NCBI GenBank assembly: GCA_030831705.1
Contig: JAURKO010000147.1
Coordinates: forward strand, 1-42,290
Source: Daejeonella sp.
GTDB taxonomy: Bacteria; Bacteroidota; Bacteroidia; Sphingobacteriales; Sphingobacteriaceae
Direction: 5' to 3'
DNA length: 42,290 bases
In this document: positions 27,333-36,385 of the stretch, in pieces
Numbering within the stretch: position 1 is the stretch's first letter
How the letters are laid out: every line of letters begins with the position of its first letter
Notes under the pieces: generated by a model
Seen by the model: only the letters and a program-made list of their open reading frames with translations
Databases searched by the model: none
Told to the model about the DNA's origin: nothing
Translations under genes and position numbers: made by a program

Positions 27333-28130
27333 ATGAACCAAAGAATTGAAAAAATTAAAAATGCAACAGCTTCTTTAAGGCAGGAAATAGTCAATCATAA
27401 AGTGTATTCTATGATTGAAGATATTGACGACCTGAAAATATTCATGCAATACCATATTTATGCAGTATGGGATTTTATGTCATTACTCAAAGCGCTTCAA
27501 AACAATTTGACCTGTACAACTATTCCATGGTTTCCAAAGGGTTCTGCAGATACAAGAAATCTGATTAATGAAATTGTTGTTGGTGAAGAGTCTGATGTTG
27601 ACAGTTTTGGAGTCAGGAAAAGTCATTTCGAACTTTATCTTGATGCGATGCATCAATGTAATGCAGACACTTCAAAAATCGATCGATTTATAGACGAATT
27701 AAAGCAAAGTGGCGACTTTAATTCTGCTTATGAAGCATCTGACGCGCCCGATGAAGCCCGTGACTTTGTTGACTTTACATTTCAAATTATTGATAGTGAA
27801 AAGGCCTATTTACAAGCAGCAATTTTCACCTTCGGAAGGGAAGACCTCATACCCGGAATGTTTGTTACTCTGGTAAATGACATTCATAATAATTTCCCGG
27901 ATAGCATATCAATCTTTAAATACTATTTGGAAAGGCATATAGAAGTTGATGGGGATCATCATAGCCATCTCGCATTACAAATGACCTCAAACCTTTGCGG
28001 ATCAAATGATCAACTTTGGGAAGCGGCAGAAAAAGCATCAATAGAATCGTTACAAAAACGAATTAAGCTTTGGGATGGTGTATATAAACAATTACAAAAC
28101 AAAAGGAAAATTGAACCGAGCATGACCTGA
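27333..28130 (+). CDS. DUF3050 domain protein (heme-oxygenase-like diiron fold)
   Basis: HIYAVWDFMSLLK, EIVVGEESD, SHFELY, GREDLIP, YLERHIEVDGDHH; start set at ATG 27333. Confidence 0.85.
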   Translation: MNQRIEKIKNATASLRQEIVNHKVYSMIEDIDDLKIFMQYHIYAVWDFMSLLKALQNNLTCTTIPWFPKGSADTRNLINEIVVGEESDVDSFGVRKSHFELYLDAMHQCNADTSKIDRFIDELKQSGDFNSAYEASDAPDEARDFVDFTFQIIDSEKAYLQAAIFTFGREDLIPGMFVTLVNDIHNNFPDSISIFKYYLERHIEVDGDHHSHLALQMTSNLCGSNDQLWEAAEKASIESLQKRIKLWDGVYKQLQNKRKIEPSMT

Positions 28131-28212
28131 ACCATTTAAATTTGTATGGCAATCTGTGATAAAAAATTCATTTAACATATATTAGCAGTATATTCCACGT
28201 ACAACTAGGCAT

Positions 28213-30933
28213 ATGAAACTATCACGATTACTATTACTCGCATTTTTAATCTTATTTAAACCCGTATTCATTTTTGCACAGGATACCTTAAGTTTAAACA
28301 CTATTGTAGAGCGATCTCAAAAATTGATTGAAAACTACCCTGCTGAGAAAGTCTATCTGCATTTTGACAAGCCTTATTATGCCGTTGGAGATACCATCTG
28401 GTTTAAAGCTTATGTAGCTACCGGACAGGATTTGCCTTCCGACTTAAGTAAAGTATTATACGTTGACGTGATCTCAGAGAATGATACCCTTGTCAGATCC
28501 ATGAAACTTCCAGTGGTAAATACTTCGGCCTATGGCAGTATTACTCTTGATCCTTCAATTTATAAATCAAGCAATTATAGAATCAGAGCCTATACCTACT
28601 GGATGTTAAATTTTAGCGATCAATATTTCTTTACTAAAAACATTAAAGTCGGAAATGCCCTTAACCGAAATGTAATCACCAATATTTCCCTTAGCGGCGA
28701 GAATCCTGACACTTCCCCTTTGATCACAGCGAAAATTTCATATAAAGATCCCGAAGGGCGGCCATTAAGTAATAAAAAAATAGGCTGGAGTCTGATTTCT
28801 AAGTTTGAAACCGTTGCCAGAGGACGTGAAACTACTGATGCAGAGGGAAGAGTAACTTTAAAATTAAGTGCAGCACAAAAAGCAGTACTGGATACGGGAA
28901 TACTTGAGACGGTAATAGAAGTAGAAACCACAAAACTTATTACCTCTAAATTCCCTTTAAAAAATTCCTTTGCTGAAGCTGATATTCAATTTTTCCCGGA
29001 AGGCGGGGAATTAGTTGAAAATATCAGCAGCAAAATAGCGTTCAAAGCTATCCAGGAAAAAGGATTTGGAATCGGTGTTAAAGGTGAAATAGTTGATAAT
29101 GCAGGTAAAATTATTAGCAATATTCAGTCACAACACTTGGGTATGGGCTCATTTACAATCGTGCCTGAAAGTGGCAAGACATACAAAGCCAATCTGATTT
29201 TTTCAAATGGAATAAAGAAAACCGTTATGCTGCCCGAAACTAAATCTTCCGGCATTGCACTATCTGTTGTTAACTCAACGCCTGCAAATTTCATTATACA
29301 ACTATCAAGCAGCCCTTCATTCTTTGCCAAAAATCAGGATAAAAATTTTTATCTGATAGCCAGAAGTAAAGGGGTGATTTGCTTTGCTGCACAAACTAAT
29401 CTGGCAACAGCAACCATCGGTGCATCTATAGCCAAGAATAAATTTCCTACAGGAATAGTACAAATTACACTATTTACTAATAAAGGTGAGCCTCTAACCG
29501 AGCGACTTGTATTTGTCAATCATTCAGATGTGTCAAGTCTGATCATAAACTCCGATAAGAAAGTTTATGGCTCAAGACAACCTGTAAAAATGAACATTAC
29601 CGCCAAAACTAAAAATATTCCGGTTGAGGGGAATTTTTCACTAGCTGTGATTAATGAAACCAAAGTTCCTCATCCTGAAGATGAAGAAACAACAATCCTA
29701 AGTTCCTTTCTGCTATCTTCAGAATTAACCGGATATATTGAAAATCCCAATTATTATTTTAATCAAATCAATGATAAAAAAATGGCCGACCTTGATTTGC
29801 TGTTGCTTACCCAGGGATATCGTAAATTTTCATATGAGGAAATTACAAAAGGCATAGAACCCGCGATTAGTTTACTGCCCGAGCAAGGAATCGAGTTTTC
29901 TGGGATGTTACGTAGTTCAAATGGAATGCCGGTATCTAAAGGGAGTTTAAAACTTGTGGTACCTGAAAGTAGATTCTATGCTGAAACCACAACCAATTTG
30001 AAAGGGCAGTTCAAATTTGAAAAAGTAGTAATTACAGATTCGACAGAAGCAACCATCAGTGCCAGAACTTCAACAGCCGCCCAAAATATGATGATTATGT
30101 TGGATGGAACCGCATTTCCAACAGTTGGCAAAAATGTAAATCATCCAGATGAGGAGGTAAATATTGACAGCGCCTTGGCAACTTACCTTGACAATAGTAA
30201 GAAACAATACTTTTTGGCGACACAAATGCTGCAGGAAGTTGTAGTTAAATCTACAGCAATAAAAAAGGCAAGCCACATGGATCATCCTGCTCTTACAGGT
30301 CTAGGAACCCAACCAGATCATTTGATAGATGGTGAACGATTCAAAGGGTGTACCATCTTGTTAACATGTCTTCAAGGGGCAGTTGCTGGGCTGACTTTTA
30401 ATAATGACAACTTTTTTGTAACACGGGTTTTAAATTCTGGTTTAAGGGTACCCGTACAGATTTTTTTTAACGGTATGCCTGTTGATATTAACTTTTTAAA
30501 TACTATTAATCCGGCAAATGTAGATAATGTAGAAGTATTTTTGAGAGATGAATTAGGTTTGGTTAATCGAATGTACAATACTAATGGGGTTCTGGTTATT
30601 AACTCTAAAGTTGCACCCACCGGTACACCAATAAGTGCTGATGAGCTAAAGAAATTATTTCCTCAAAGCAATGTATTGACATTTAAACCTCAGGGCTATA
30701 TAAAAAAGAGAGAATTCTATTCCCCTAAGTATCTTAGTCCGGAGAGCCGAATCAATGGTTCCGATCTTCGTAGCACCATTTACTGGAATCCTAGAATCTT
30801 TACTGATAAAGATGGAACAATGGCTGTTGAATTTTATAATGGAGATAATAAGGGGAGCTACAAAGCGACTGTAGAAGGCACTGACATCGATGGAAATCTT
30901 TCCAGATATATTTACCGTTATAAGGTGGAGTAA
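28213..30933 (+). CDS. Large secreted protein with MG2-like N-terminus, carboxypeptidase-regulatory-like and TonB plug-like domains
   Basis: Signal peptide, EKVYLHFDKPYYAVGDTIWFKAY, QFFPEGG, LDLLLLTQG, plug-like INPANVDNVEVF and DLRSTIYWNP; no barrel evident. Confidence 0.8.
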   Translation: MKLSRLLLLAFLILFKPVFIFAQDTLSLNTIVERSQKLIENYPAEKVYLHFDKPYYAVGDTIWFKAYVATGQDLPSDLSKVLYVDVISENDTLVRSMKLPVVNTSAYGSITLDPSIYKSSNYRIRAYTYWMLNFSDQYFFTKNIKVGNALNRNVITNISLSGENPDTSPLITAKISYKDPEGRPLSNKKIGWSLISKFETVARGRETTDAEGRVTLKLSAAQKAVLDTGILETVIEVETTKLITSKFPLKNSFAEADIQFFPEGGELVENISSKIAFKAIQEKGFGIGVKGEIVDNAGKIISNIQSQHLGMGSFTIVPESGKTYKANLIFSNGIKKTVMLPETKSSGIALSVVNSTPANFIIQLSSSPSFFAKNQDKNFYLIARSKGVICFAAQTNLATATIGASIAKNKFPTGIVQITLFTNKGEPLTERLVFVNHSDVSSLIINSDKKVYGSRQPVKMNITAKTKNIPVEGNFSLAVINETKVPHPEDEETTILSSFLLSSELTGYIENPNYYFNQINDKKMADLDLLLLTQGYRKFSYEEITKGIEPAISLLPEQGIEFSGMLRSSNGMPVSKGSLKLVVPESRFYAETTTNLKGQFKFEKVVITDSTEATISARTSTAAQNMMIMLDGTAFPTVGKNVNHPDEEVNIDSALATYLDNSKKQYFLATQMLQEVVVKSTAIKKASHMDHPALTGLGTQPDHLIDGERFKGCTILLTCLQGAVAGLTFNNDNFFVTRVLNSGLRVPVQIFFNGMPVDINFLNTINPANVDNVEVFLRDELGLVNRMYNTNGVLVINSKVAPTGTPISADELKKLFPQSNVLTFKPQGYIKKREFYSPKYLSPESRINGSDLRSTIYWNPRIFTDKDGTMAVEFYNGDNKGSYKATVEGTDIDGNLSRYIYRYKVE

Positions 30934-31022
30934 CTATTTATACCACTATTTATCTATAATTAGTACATGAAACATAAGCTACATTAGTAGTATTATCATT
31001 GCTGTACTTCTTTCTTTCTGAC

Positions 31023-31256
31023 TTATACTTTTTTCTGTTTTACTGGACTTGCAAAGAACTCCTCAGGTTTTAGTCCGTAAAAACTACATATCTTATCTAA
31101 ATTAGTCAAGGTTATTTCTGTTCTGCCGTTCTCCCAGTTCGCATAAGAGTTACGGCTCAAATTTAAGTGATTGGCAACATGTTGCTGACTAAATCTATTA
31201 GCTACTCTTAGTTTTCGCAATAATATTCCAATTTCATATGGTTGAATTGCAAACAT
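31023..31256 (-). CDS. XRE-family helix-turn-helix regulator (77 aa)
   Basis: LRKLR...SQQHVANHLNLSRNSYANWENGRTE; start set at ATG 31256. Confidence 0.85.
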   Translation of the reverse strand: MFAIQPYEIGILLRKLRVANRFSQQHVANHLNLSRNSYANWENGRTEITLTNLDKICSFYGLKPEEFFASPVKQKKV

Positions 31257-31444
31257 CAGTATGATTAAAACTACAGAATGAAAAAATAGACTATTATTCT
31301 TACTGAAAAGTATCAAAAGCCATGCTTGTCATTAAATACGGATTTAATGATTATATTAGTTAATTGATTAGATTAAATGATTTTGTTGAACCTCAACACA
31401 AAATCTCCAAATAATTAACCAATACAACCAAAATCAATTTTAGT

Positions 31445-31678
31445 TTACTCTGACTCTGCTGAAGAAATTTTTCTGAAAAAGTCAGAAATGCTTATTTCAT
31501 ATAAATGGAGTAGTTTAAATAGTTTATAGAGTACTATATCTGTTTTACCACTTTCCCATTTTGCATAAGCATTCCTACTCATATTCAAATAGCTAGCTAC
31601 GTATTGCTGGCAAAATCCATGTTTTAACCTCAGTTTTTTCAGGAGTAATCCTGAAGAAACTAATAGGTTGCTTTGCAT
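31445..31678 (-). CDS. XRE-family helix-turn-helix regulator (77 aa), paralog of the adjacent gene
   Basis: LKKLR...CQQYVASYLNMSRNAYAKWESGKTD. Confidence 0.85.
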   Translation of the reverse strand: MQSNLLVSSGLLLKKLRLKHGFCQQYVASYLNMSRNAYAKWESGKTDIVLYKLFKLLHLYEISISDFFRKISSAESE

Positions 31679-31736
31679 GTTAAGATTTATTTAGAATATA
31701 ATTTATGGAAAAAGAATCAATATTTTATTTTGAAAA

Positions 31737-31755
31737 TGACATGCAAGGGTTGTCA
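31737..31755. promoter_or_regulatory. Candidate XRE operator TGACA-N9-TGTCA
   Basis: Palindrome in the divergent promoter region; a 13/19 match (31313-31331) lies at an equivalent distance upstream of the other XRE gene. Confidence 0.45.
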
Positions 31756-31805
31756 AAGCTTATTTTTTAAAAATTTATCTTCAGTTCAATGTTAGGCCAG
31801 CAGAA

Positions 31806-31837
31806 GGGTACGCCGAAAACCTTGAAAAGAGTAGGTT
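31806..31837 (+). promoter_or_regulatory. Candidate structured leader motif upstream of the peptide gene
   Basis: GGGTACGCCGAAAACCTTGAAAAGAGTAGGTT with an AACCT/AGGTT stem; resembles the rhodopsin leader at 12814-12844. Confidence 0.5.
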
Positions 31838-31855
31838 CATGAAAAAAAATATGTT

Positions 31856-31999
31856 ATGAAAAATCTAGAGATTGAACAATTGGCCTTGGTTGAGCTTAGT
31901 GAAACTGAGTCTAATGCCATTTATGGCGGAAGACTTCCTTGGTGGGCTTGGGCAATATGGGCAGCGGCTGTTATAATAGCTATAATCGCCGAAGGTTAA
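31856..31999 (+). CDS. Double-glycine-leader precursor peptide (bacteriocin-like), 47 aa; absent from the ORF track
   Basis: MKNLEIEQLALVELSETESNAIYGG|RLPWWAWAIWAAAVIIAIIAEG: ELS-x-x-E-x-x-x-I-x-GG leader, hydrophobic Trp-rich core, and a C39 peptidase in the same locus. Confidence 0.85.
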   Translation: MKNLEIEQLALVELSETESNAIYGGRLPWWAWAIWAAAVIIAIIAEG

Positions 32000-32004
32000 G
32001 AATT

Positions 32005-32053
32005 TAAATAATCTAGCCCGGCTTTTTTAAAATTAACCAGGCTAGATTATTTA
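32005..32053 (+). terminator. Hairpin after the peptide gene (terminator or mRNA stabiliser)
   Basis: 14-bp perfect inverted repeat TAAATAATCTAGCC/GGCTAGATTATTTA. Confidence 0.7.
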
Positions 32054-32066
32054 CAAATAATTTTAT

Positions 32067-32663
32067 ATGAAACACCTAATTTTAGTTACTATCTTTTTTT
32101 TAAAAATGTGTTTAGCTTGCCAAAGCCAGAACATAAATTCTAAGTCAGCCTTTGGCTTTGGAGCCGGAGCTAAACTCTCCCGATTAATTGTTGATAATCC
32201 AGAACTGAAGTCGTCCTACAATACAGGATTAAATCTAACAGCATTAACATATGAGTATAAAATTAATCCAAAAATTAGACTGGGGTTTAAAGTTGATTTA
32301 ATGTTTAATGATTTTTTATTGAGTAAAAATTCTATAAAAGAATCTACCAAGTACACAACAATGTTTGTTCCCATTAAATTTTCCTATTATCCTATCCAGG
32401 GCATACCTGTTGGAATATCATCATCCGTAGGTGCTACATATCTATTCAAGAAACAACAAATAGAATTAATGGCACCGGATGATTTAAGGAAGGTCTTCGG
32501 ATCATTTGAAGGAGAAGTATTCTTTGATAAGGCATTGAAGAATATAGTTTTAAGACCCTTTTTGAACTATGGACAGTCAGTAACCAATTTACTTTCAAAA
32601 GATTCAAACCCGCAAAGCAAGACTAATTACCAAGCTTTTTCATTTGGTCTGATAATTTTTTAA
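32067..32663 (+). CDS. Putative small outer-membrane beta-barrel protein (PorT/OMP_b-brl-like)
   Basis: Signal peptide, alternating beta-strand pattern (FGFGAGAKLS, YEYKINPKIRLG, FVPIKFSYY), terminal FSFGLIIF. Confidence 0.6.
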   Translation: MKHLILVTIFFLKMCLACQSQNINSKSAFGFGAGAKLSRLIVDNPELKSSYNTGLNLTALTYEYKINPKIRLGFKVDLMFNDFLLSKNSIKESTKYTTMFVPIKFSYYPIQGIPVGISSSVGATYLFKKQQIELMAPDDLRKVFGSFEGEVFFDKALKNIVLRPFLNYGQSVTNLLSKDSNPQSKTNYQAFSFGLIIF

Positions 32664-32673
32664 AAACTACACT

Positions 32674-33918
32674 ATGAATATTAATAGTTTACGTCTAAGT
32701 TTTATTTTGAAATTATCCATCATCAACTTGCTTATCCTGATGGTTAACTTTGATGTACTAGCACAAACCGATCATACGATCAAGGGTAATTTATTAGATT
32801 CTAAATTTAAAACACCCGTTGCCTTTGCAAATATTAAACTTCTAAAGGCTAATATTAGCTCCATGTCTAATAGTGAAGGTTTTTTTGCATTTAACTATGC
32901 ATCCTCCTCTGTAATGGACACCCTATTAATAACATGTATAGGTTATAAAAGCATAAAAATACCTTTGCAATTGTCCGCTACACTAGACTTCAAAGATTTT
33001 ATTCTGACACCTAATATGATTGCATTAAATGAAGTGGTTATCAGTTCATTAAATGCAAAATCTATTCTCAAGGAAGCAGTTAATACGTCAGCTAATCGTT
33101 ACCCATCTCCAGCTATATTTAAAGGATACTACCGGGAATCTGTAAAAAGGGATAGCTTCTTAACCAAATATGCAGATGGATTAGTTGAGTTTTATGTAGA
33201 GCGAAAAAAAGACAATAATTTAAAAACCGATTTGAGAGTATTGCAATCAAGAGCAAAAGAATTGCCAATTCAAGAAGAAGAAGAAAAAATTAATGAATTT
33301 AATTCTCTAATAAGTATAAATAAGATAATAAAATTCATATCTCTTACTGAGATTTCGCCATTAGATAGTAATCGCTTTGAATTCTATAACTACTCAATTT
33401 CTGAATTTTCTGAAGCAGGAAAAGCGCTCTATAGGATTGATTTTGAGCCTCAAAGCAATACAGATAAGGTTGTTCTTGGTGGAAAAATTTTCATAGATAA
33501 AAAAACAAAATTAATCTTAGCCATAGATTGTAAAGTGGCTGCAGGATCAGAAAAAAACTTAAAAACCTTTAATCTTTTAGGGACTAAAATAAGTGCAGTT
33601 TCAACTGGTCTTTATATCAGATTCGAATCAAATGAGAATTCTTACAGTGTAAAATATATAAAGGAAAGCCATGGAATGGTTTTTTCCGGCAAAAAGCTTA
33701 ACCAAAAAAATGAATTTACGAGTGAACTCCTTATAACAGGACTTCAGACAAACAACTTCATTCCGTTTACTAACGGAACTTACAATAAACGTTCACTATA
33801 TTCAAGAGGCAACCAGTATACTGATAACTATTGGGAAAATCCTAAACTGATTCCTAATGTTTCTCAAGAATCTATTTTTTTACAAAAATGGACAGGTAAT
33901 AACTTGTTAAATGAATAA
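32674..33918 (+). CDS. Carboxypeptidase-regulatory-like domain secreted protein
   Basis: Signal peptide; IKGNLLDSK...PVAFANI...SNSEGFF...ITCIGYKS...LNEVVI N-domain; GYYRE and YTDNYWEN. Confidence 0.78.
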   Translation: MNINSLRLSFILKLSIINLLILMVNFDVLAQTDHTIKGNLLDSKFKTPVAFANIKLLKANISSMSNSEGFFAFNYASSSVMDTLLITCIGYKSIKIPLQLSATLDFKDFILTPNMIALNEVVISSLNAKSILKEAVNTSANRYPSPAIFKGYYRESVKRDSFLTKYADGLVEFYVERKKDNNLKTDLRVLQSRAKELPIQEEEEKINEFNSLISINKIIKFISLTEISPLDSNRFEFYNYSISEFSEAGKALYRIDFEPQSNTDKVVLGGKIFIDKKTKLILAIDCKVAAGSEKNLKTFNLLGTKISAVSTGLYIRFESNENSYSVKYIKESHGMVFSGKKLNQKNEFTSELLITGLQTNNFIPFTNGTYNKRSLYSRGNQYTDNYWENPKLIPNVSQESIFLQKWTGNNLLNE

Positions 33919-34447
33919 GTTTAATGTATTGCAAAGAGGTTTTTCTGATTGTGGCCCTGCCTGTCTAGCTTCGGTTGCTGCATATTACGGACTTTTTGTT
34001 TCACTTGCAGAAATTCAAAAAAATACAGTTGTAAACAGAAATGGAACTACAATCAATGAATTAATTTTATCCGCAAAGAAATTAGGATTTATTGCAAAAG
34101 GTGTGAAAGGGAATATTGAATCCATAAAATTAATACCTAAACCGTTTATTGCACATTTAAAATTAAGAAATTCAATTTTCCATTTTGTATCAATCATTGA
34201 TTTAAACGATTCCGAATTATTAATGATGGATCCAGCAATAGGTAAAACAAAGCCTATTAAATACAGTGAGTTTTTGGCAGACTGGACAGGAGTTGTGGTA
34301 TTATTGGAACCTGGCAATGATTTTGTCCCGGGATATTACAGATCAGATCCTAAAAAAAAATATAGAATCATAGATTTAATTTTTAAGGCGTCAATTGCCC
34401 TTGTTATTTTTTTTGTTTGTTATATGCTTATCAAAGGATACTTTTAA
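33911..34447 (+). CDS. Stand-alone peptidase C39 with single C-terminal transmembrane anchor
   Basis: Q-x4-DCGPACL (catalytic Cys), FHFV (His), MDP (Asp), WTGVVVLL; ends after one hydrophobic helix with no ABC domains. Confidence 0.85.
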   Translation: MNKFNVLQRGFSDCGPACLASVAAYYGLFVSLAEIQKNTVVNRNGTTINELILSAKKLGFIAKGVKGNIESIKLIPKPFIAHLKLRNSIFHFVSIIDLNDSELLMMDPAIGKTKPIKYSEFLADWTGVVVLLEPGNDFVPGYYRSDPKKKYRIIDLIFKASIALVIFFVCYMLIKGYF

Positions 34448-34494
34448 AAATCATGTTTTAAAATCCTCTTAGAATATTCCTTTGTGCACTATAG

Positions 34495-35613
34495 TTAATT
34501 AATACCCCCCAATAATCTACTCCAGCGTACCTTGTCTAAGAAAGTTCCTTTGGCATTCCAGCTCATCCATACAAATAATGCCTTACCTACGATGTGGTCA
34601 TCAGGTACAAATCCCCAATAACGTGAATCAAGGGAATTATCACGGTTGTCTCCCATCATCCAATAGTAATTCATTTTGAATGTATAACTGTTTGTCTTCT
34701 TCCCATTAATCAGGATATCATTCCCTATTTTCTCAATGGTATTGCCTTCATATACAGAAATTACTCGCTCATAGATAGCATAATTAGTACTATCCAGTTT
34801 TACTGTCCAACCCTCTTTAGGTACGATTAAGGGACCAAAATTATCAGCATTCCATTTCATTGAAGGATTATGTGGGAATATTTGGGAATCAAATTCATTT
34901 GCTGGCCTGATGAAAGGATTGACACTCTTAACATTGGACCAGCCTTTAATTATATCTGCATCTGCAGCAGTCATATTAAAAATATACTCATCAGCTGACG
35001 AACGTTGTGCCTCTATATTCAAATCTTCAATAGCCTGAGGGTTAAAATCTGTTCCGTCAGATTTTACATAATAATATTTTTCGCCAAACACAGGAACCTC
35101 CGCAGGCTTATTATTCAAATAAACCCTTGCATCTTTGATCTGTAAAGTATCTCCACCTACGGCTAGACAACGTTTGATATAGTTTTCACGTTTATCAACC
35201 GGTCTTGAAAGCGGAGCATCCGCATCCATCGGGAAGTTAAAAACAACCACATCATTCCTCTTTACATCTCCTAATCCGGGAAGACGACGATAATCCCATT
35301 TAAGGCCTTCCCAGTATGCTTTTGTTCCGGTTATTGGCATGGTATGATGAGCAAAAGGGAAAGCTACAGGTGTAATTGGCAGCCTTGCTCCATAATTAAC
35401 TTTACTCACGAAAAGATAATCCCCAACGAGCAGTGTTTTTTCCATTGAACCTGTAGGAATCACATAAGCCTCAATGAAAAGTCCCCTGATCAAGGTAGCA
35501 GCTACTACTGCGAAAAGAATAGCGTCAAACCATTCTCTTCCGGCGCTTTTCTTTGCCCTCGCTTTTTTATCTTTCAATTTATTCTTATTCGTTAAACTCA
35601 TCCTTTGTTTCAA
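34495..35613 (-). CDS. lepB: Signal peptidase I
   Basis: IPTGSMEKTLLVGD, YIKRC, MMGDNRDNSLDSRYWG. Confidence 0.96.
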   Translation of the reverse strand: MKQRMSLTNKNKLKDKKARAKKSAGREWFDAILFAVVAATLIRGLFIEAYVIPTGSMEKTLLVGDYLFVSKVNYGARLPITPVAFPFAHHTMPITGTKAYWEGLKWDYRRLPGLGDVKRNDVVVFNFPMDADAPLSRPVDKRENYIKRCLAVGGDTLQIKDARVYLNNKPAEVPVFGEKYYYVKSDGTDFNPQAIEDLNIEAQRSSADEYIFNMTAADADIIKGWSNVKSVNPFIRPANEFDSQIFPHNPSMKWNADNFGPLIVPKEGWTVKLDSTNYAIYERVISVYEGNTIEKIGNDILINGKKTNSYTFKMNYYWMMGDNRDNSLDSRYWGFVPDDHIVGKALFVWMSWNAKGTFLDKVRWSRLLGGIN

Positions 35614-35618
35614 TAAAA

Positions 35619-36362
35619 TTAAATGCTAAAATCAAACATATCTGTGATATTAAAAAATCCAGTTTTTTCTTCAAGCCATTCCGCAGCCATTACGGCACCT
35701 AAAGCAAAACCTGCACGACTATGTGCTTTATGTTTAAACTCAATATCATCTACCTCCGAACTATAAATAACAGTATGAGTACCTGGGACATCCTCAATTC
35801 TGTGTGATTCAATCAATAATTGATCAGGCTTTGGAACCAATTCTTGACCTGAACCTATCAATTCATTTGTCCATTCATTCTTGCGGTTAAGTTCAGAAAT
35901 AATTCCTTCTGCAATAGTCATGGCAGTACCACTTGGCGAATCTAACTTTTCCGTATGGTGAATTTCCTCTACTTGAACTTCGTATTGAGGATACCTGTTC
36001 ATAATCTTAGCCAGCATTTTATTCACAAAAAAGAATACATTAACACCGATACTGAAATTAGATGCATACAAAAGCGTATTGTTACTCTCCTCACACTTAT
36101 TCTTCACTTCCTGCAAGTGGCCATACCAACCAGTTGTGCCTACAACAATTGGTAAATTGGCTTCAAAACAAATCTCAATATTACTCAAAGCTGAATCGGG
36201 TGTACTAAAATCTATGGCAACATCCGCCTTTTGCAAATTGGGAATACTCAAGTCATCCAAATTATCAATATTGATTTTCAGAACAATTTCGTGACCTCTT
36301 TCTATTGCAAATTTTTCAATGATACGGCCCATTTTACCATATCCAAGAATAGCTATTTTCAT
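35619..36362 (-). CDS. dapB: 4-hydroxy-tetrahydrodipicolinate reductase
   Basis: GYGKMG, VVGTTGW, ASNFSIGV, EIHHTEKLDSPSGTA. Confidence 0.96.
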   Translation of the reverse strand: MKIAILGYGKMGRIIEKFAIERGHEIVLKINIDNLDDLSIPNLQKADVAIDFSTPDSALSNIEICFEANLPIVVGTTGWYGHLQEVKNKCEESNNTLLYASNFSIGVNVFFFVNKMLAKIMNRYPQYEVQVEEIHHTEKLDSPSGTAMTIAEGIISELNRKNEWTNELIGSGQELVPKPDQLLIESHRIEDVPGTHTVIYSSEVDDIEFKHKAHSRAGFALGAVMAAEWLEEKTGFFNITDMFDFSI

Positions 36363-36385
36363 CTATTAAAATTAAATATACCTTT

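Noticed and set aside
28190-28205. parS-like sequence TATTCCACGTACAACT
   Set aside because: Only 12/16 match to TGTTCCACGTGGAACA and the palindrome is broken; no convincing parS was seen near parAB.
31856-31999. Lanthipeptide or other Cys/Ser/Thr-modified RiPP precursor
   Set aside because: The core has no Cys, Ser or Thr and the locus encodes no LanB/C/M, YcaO or radical SAM enzyme.
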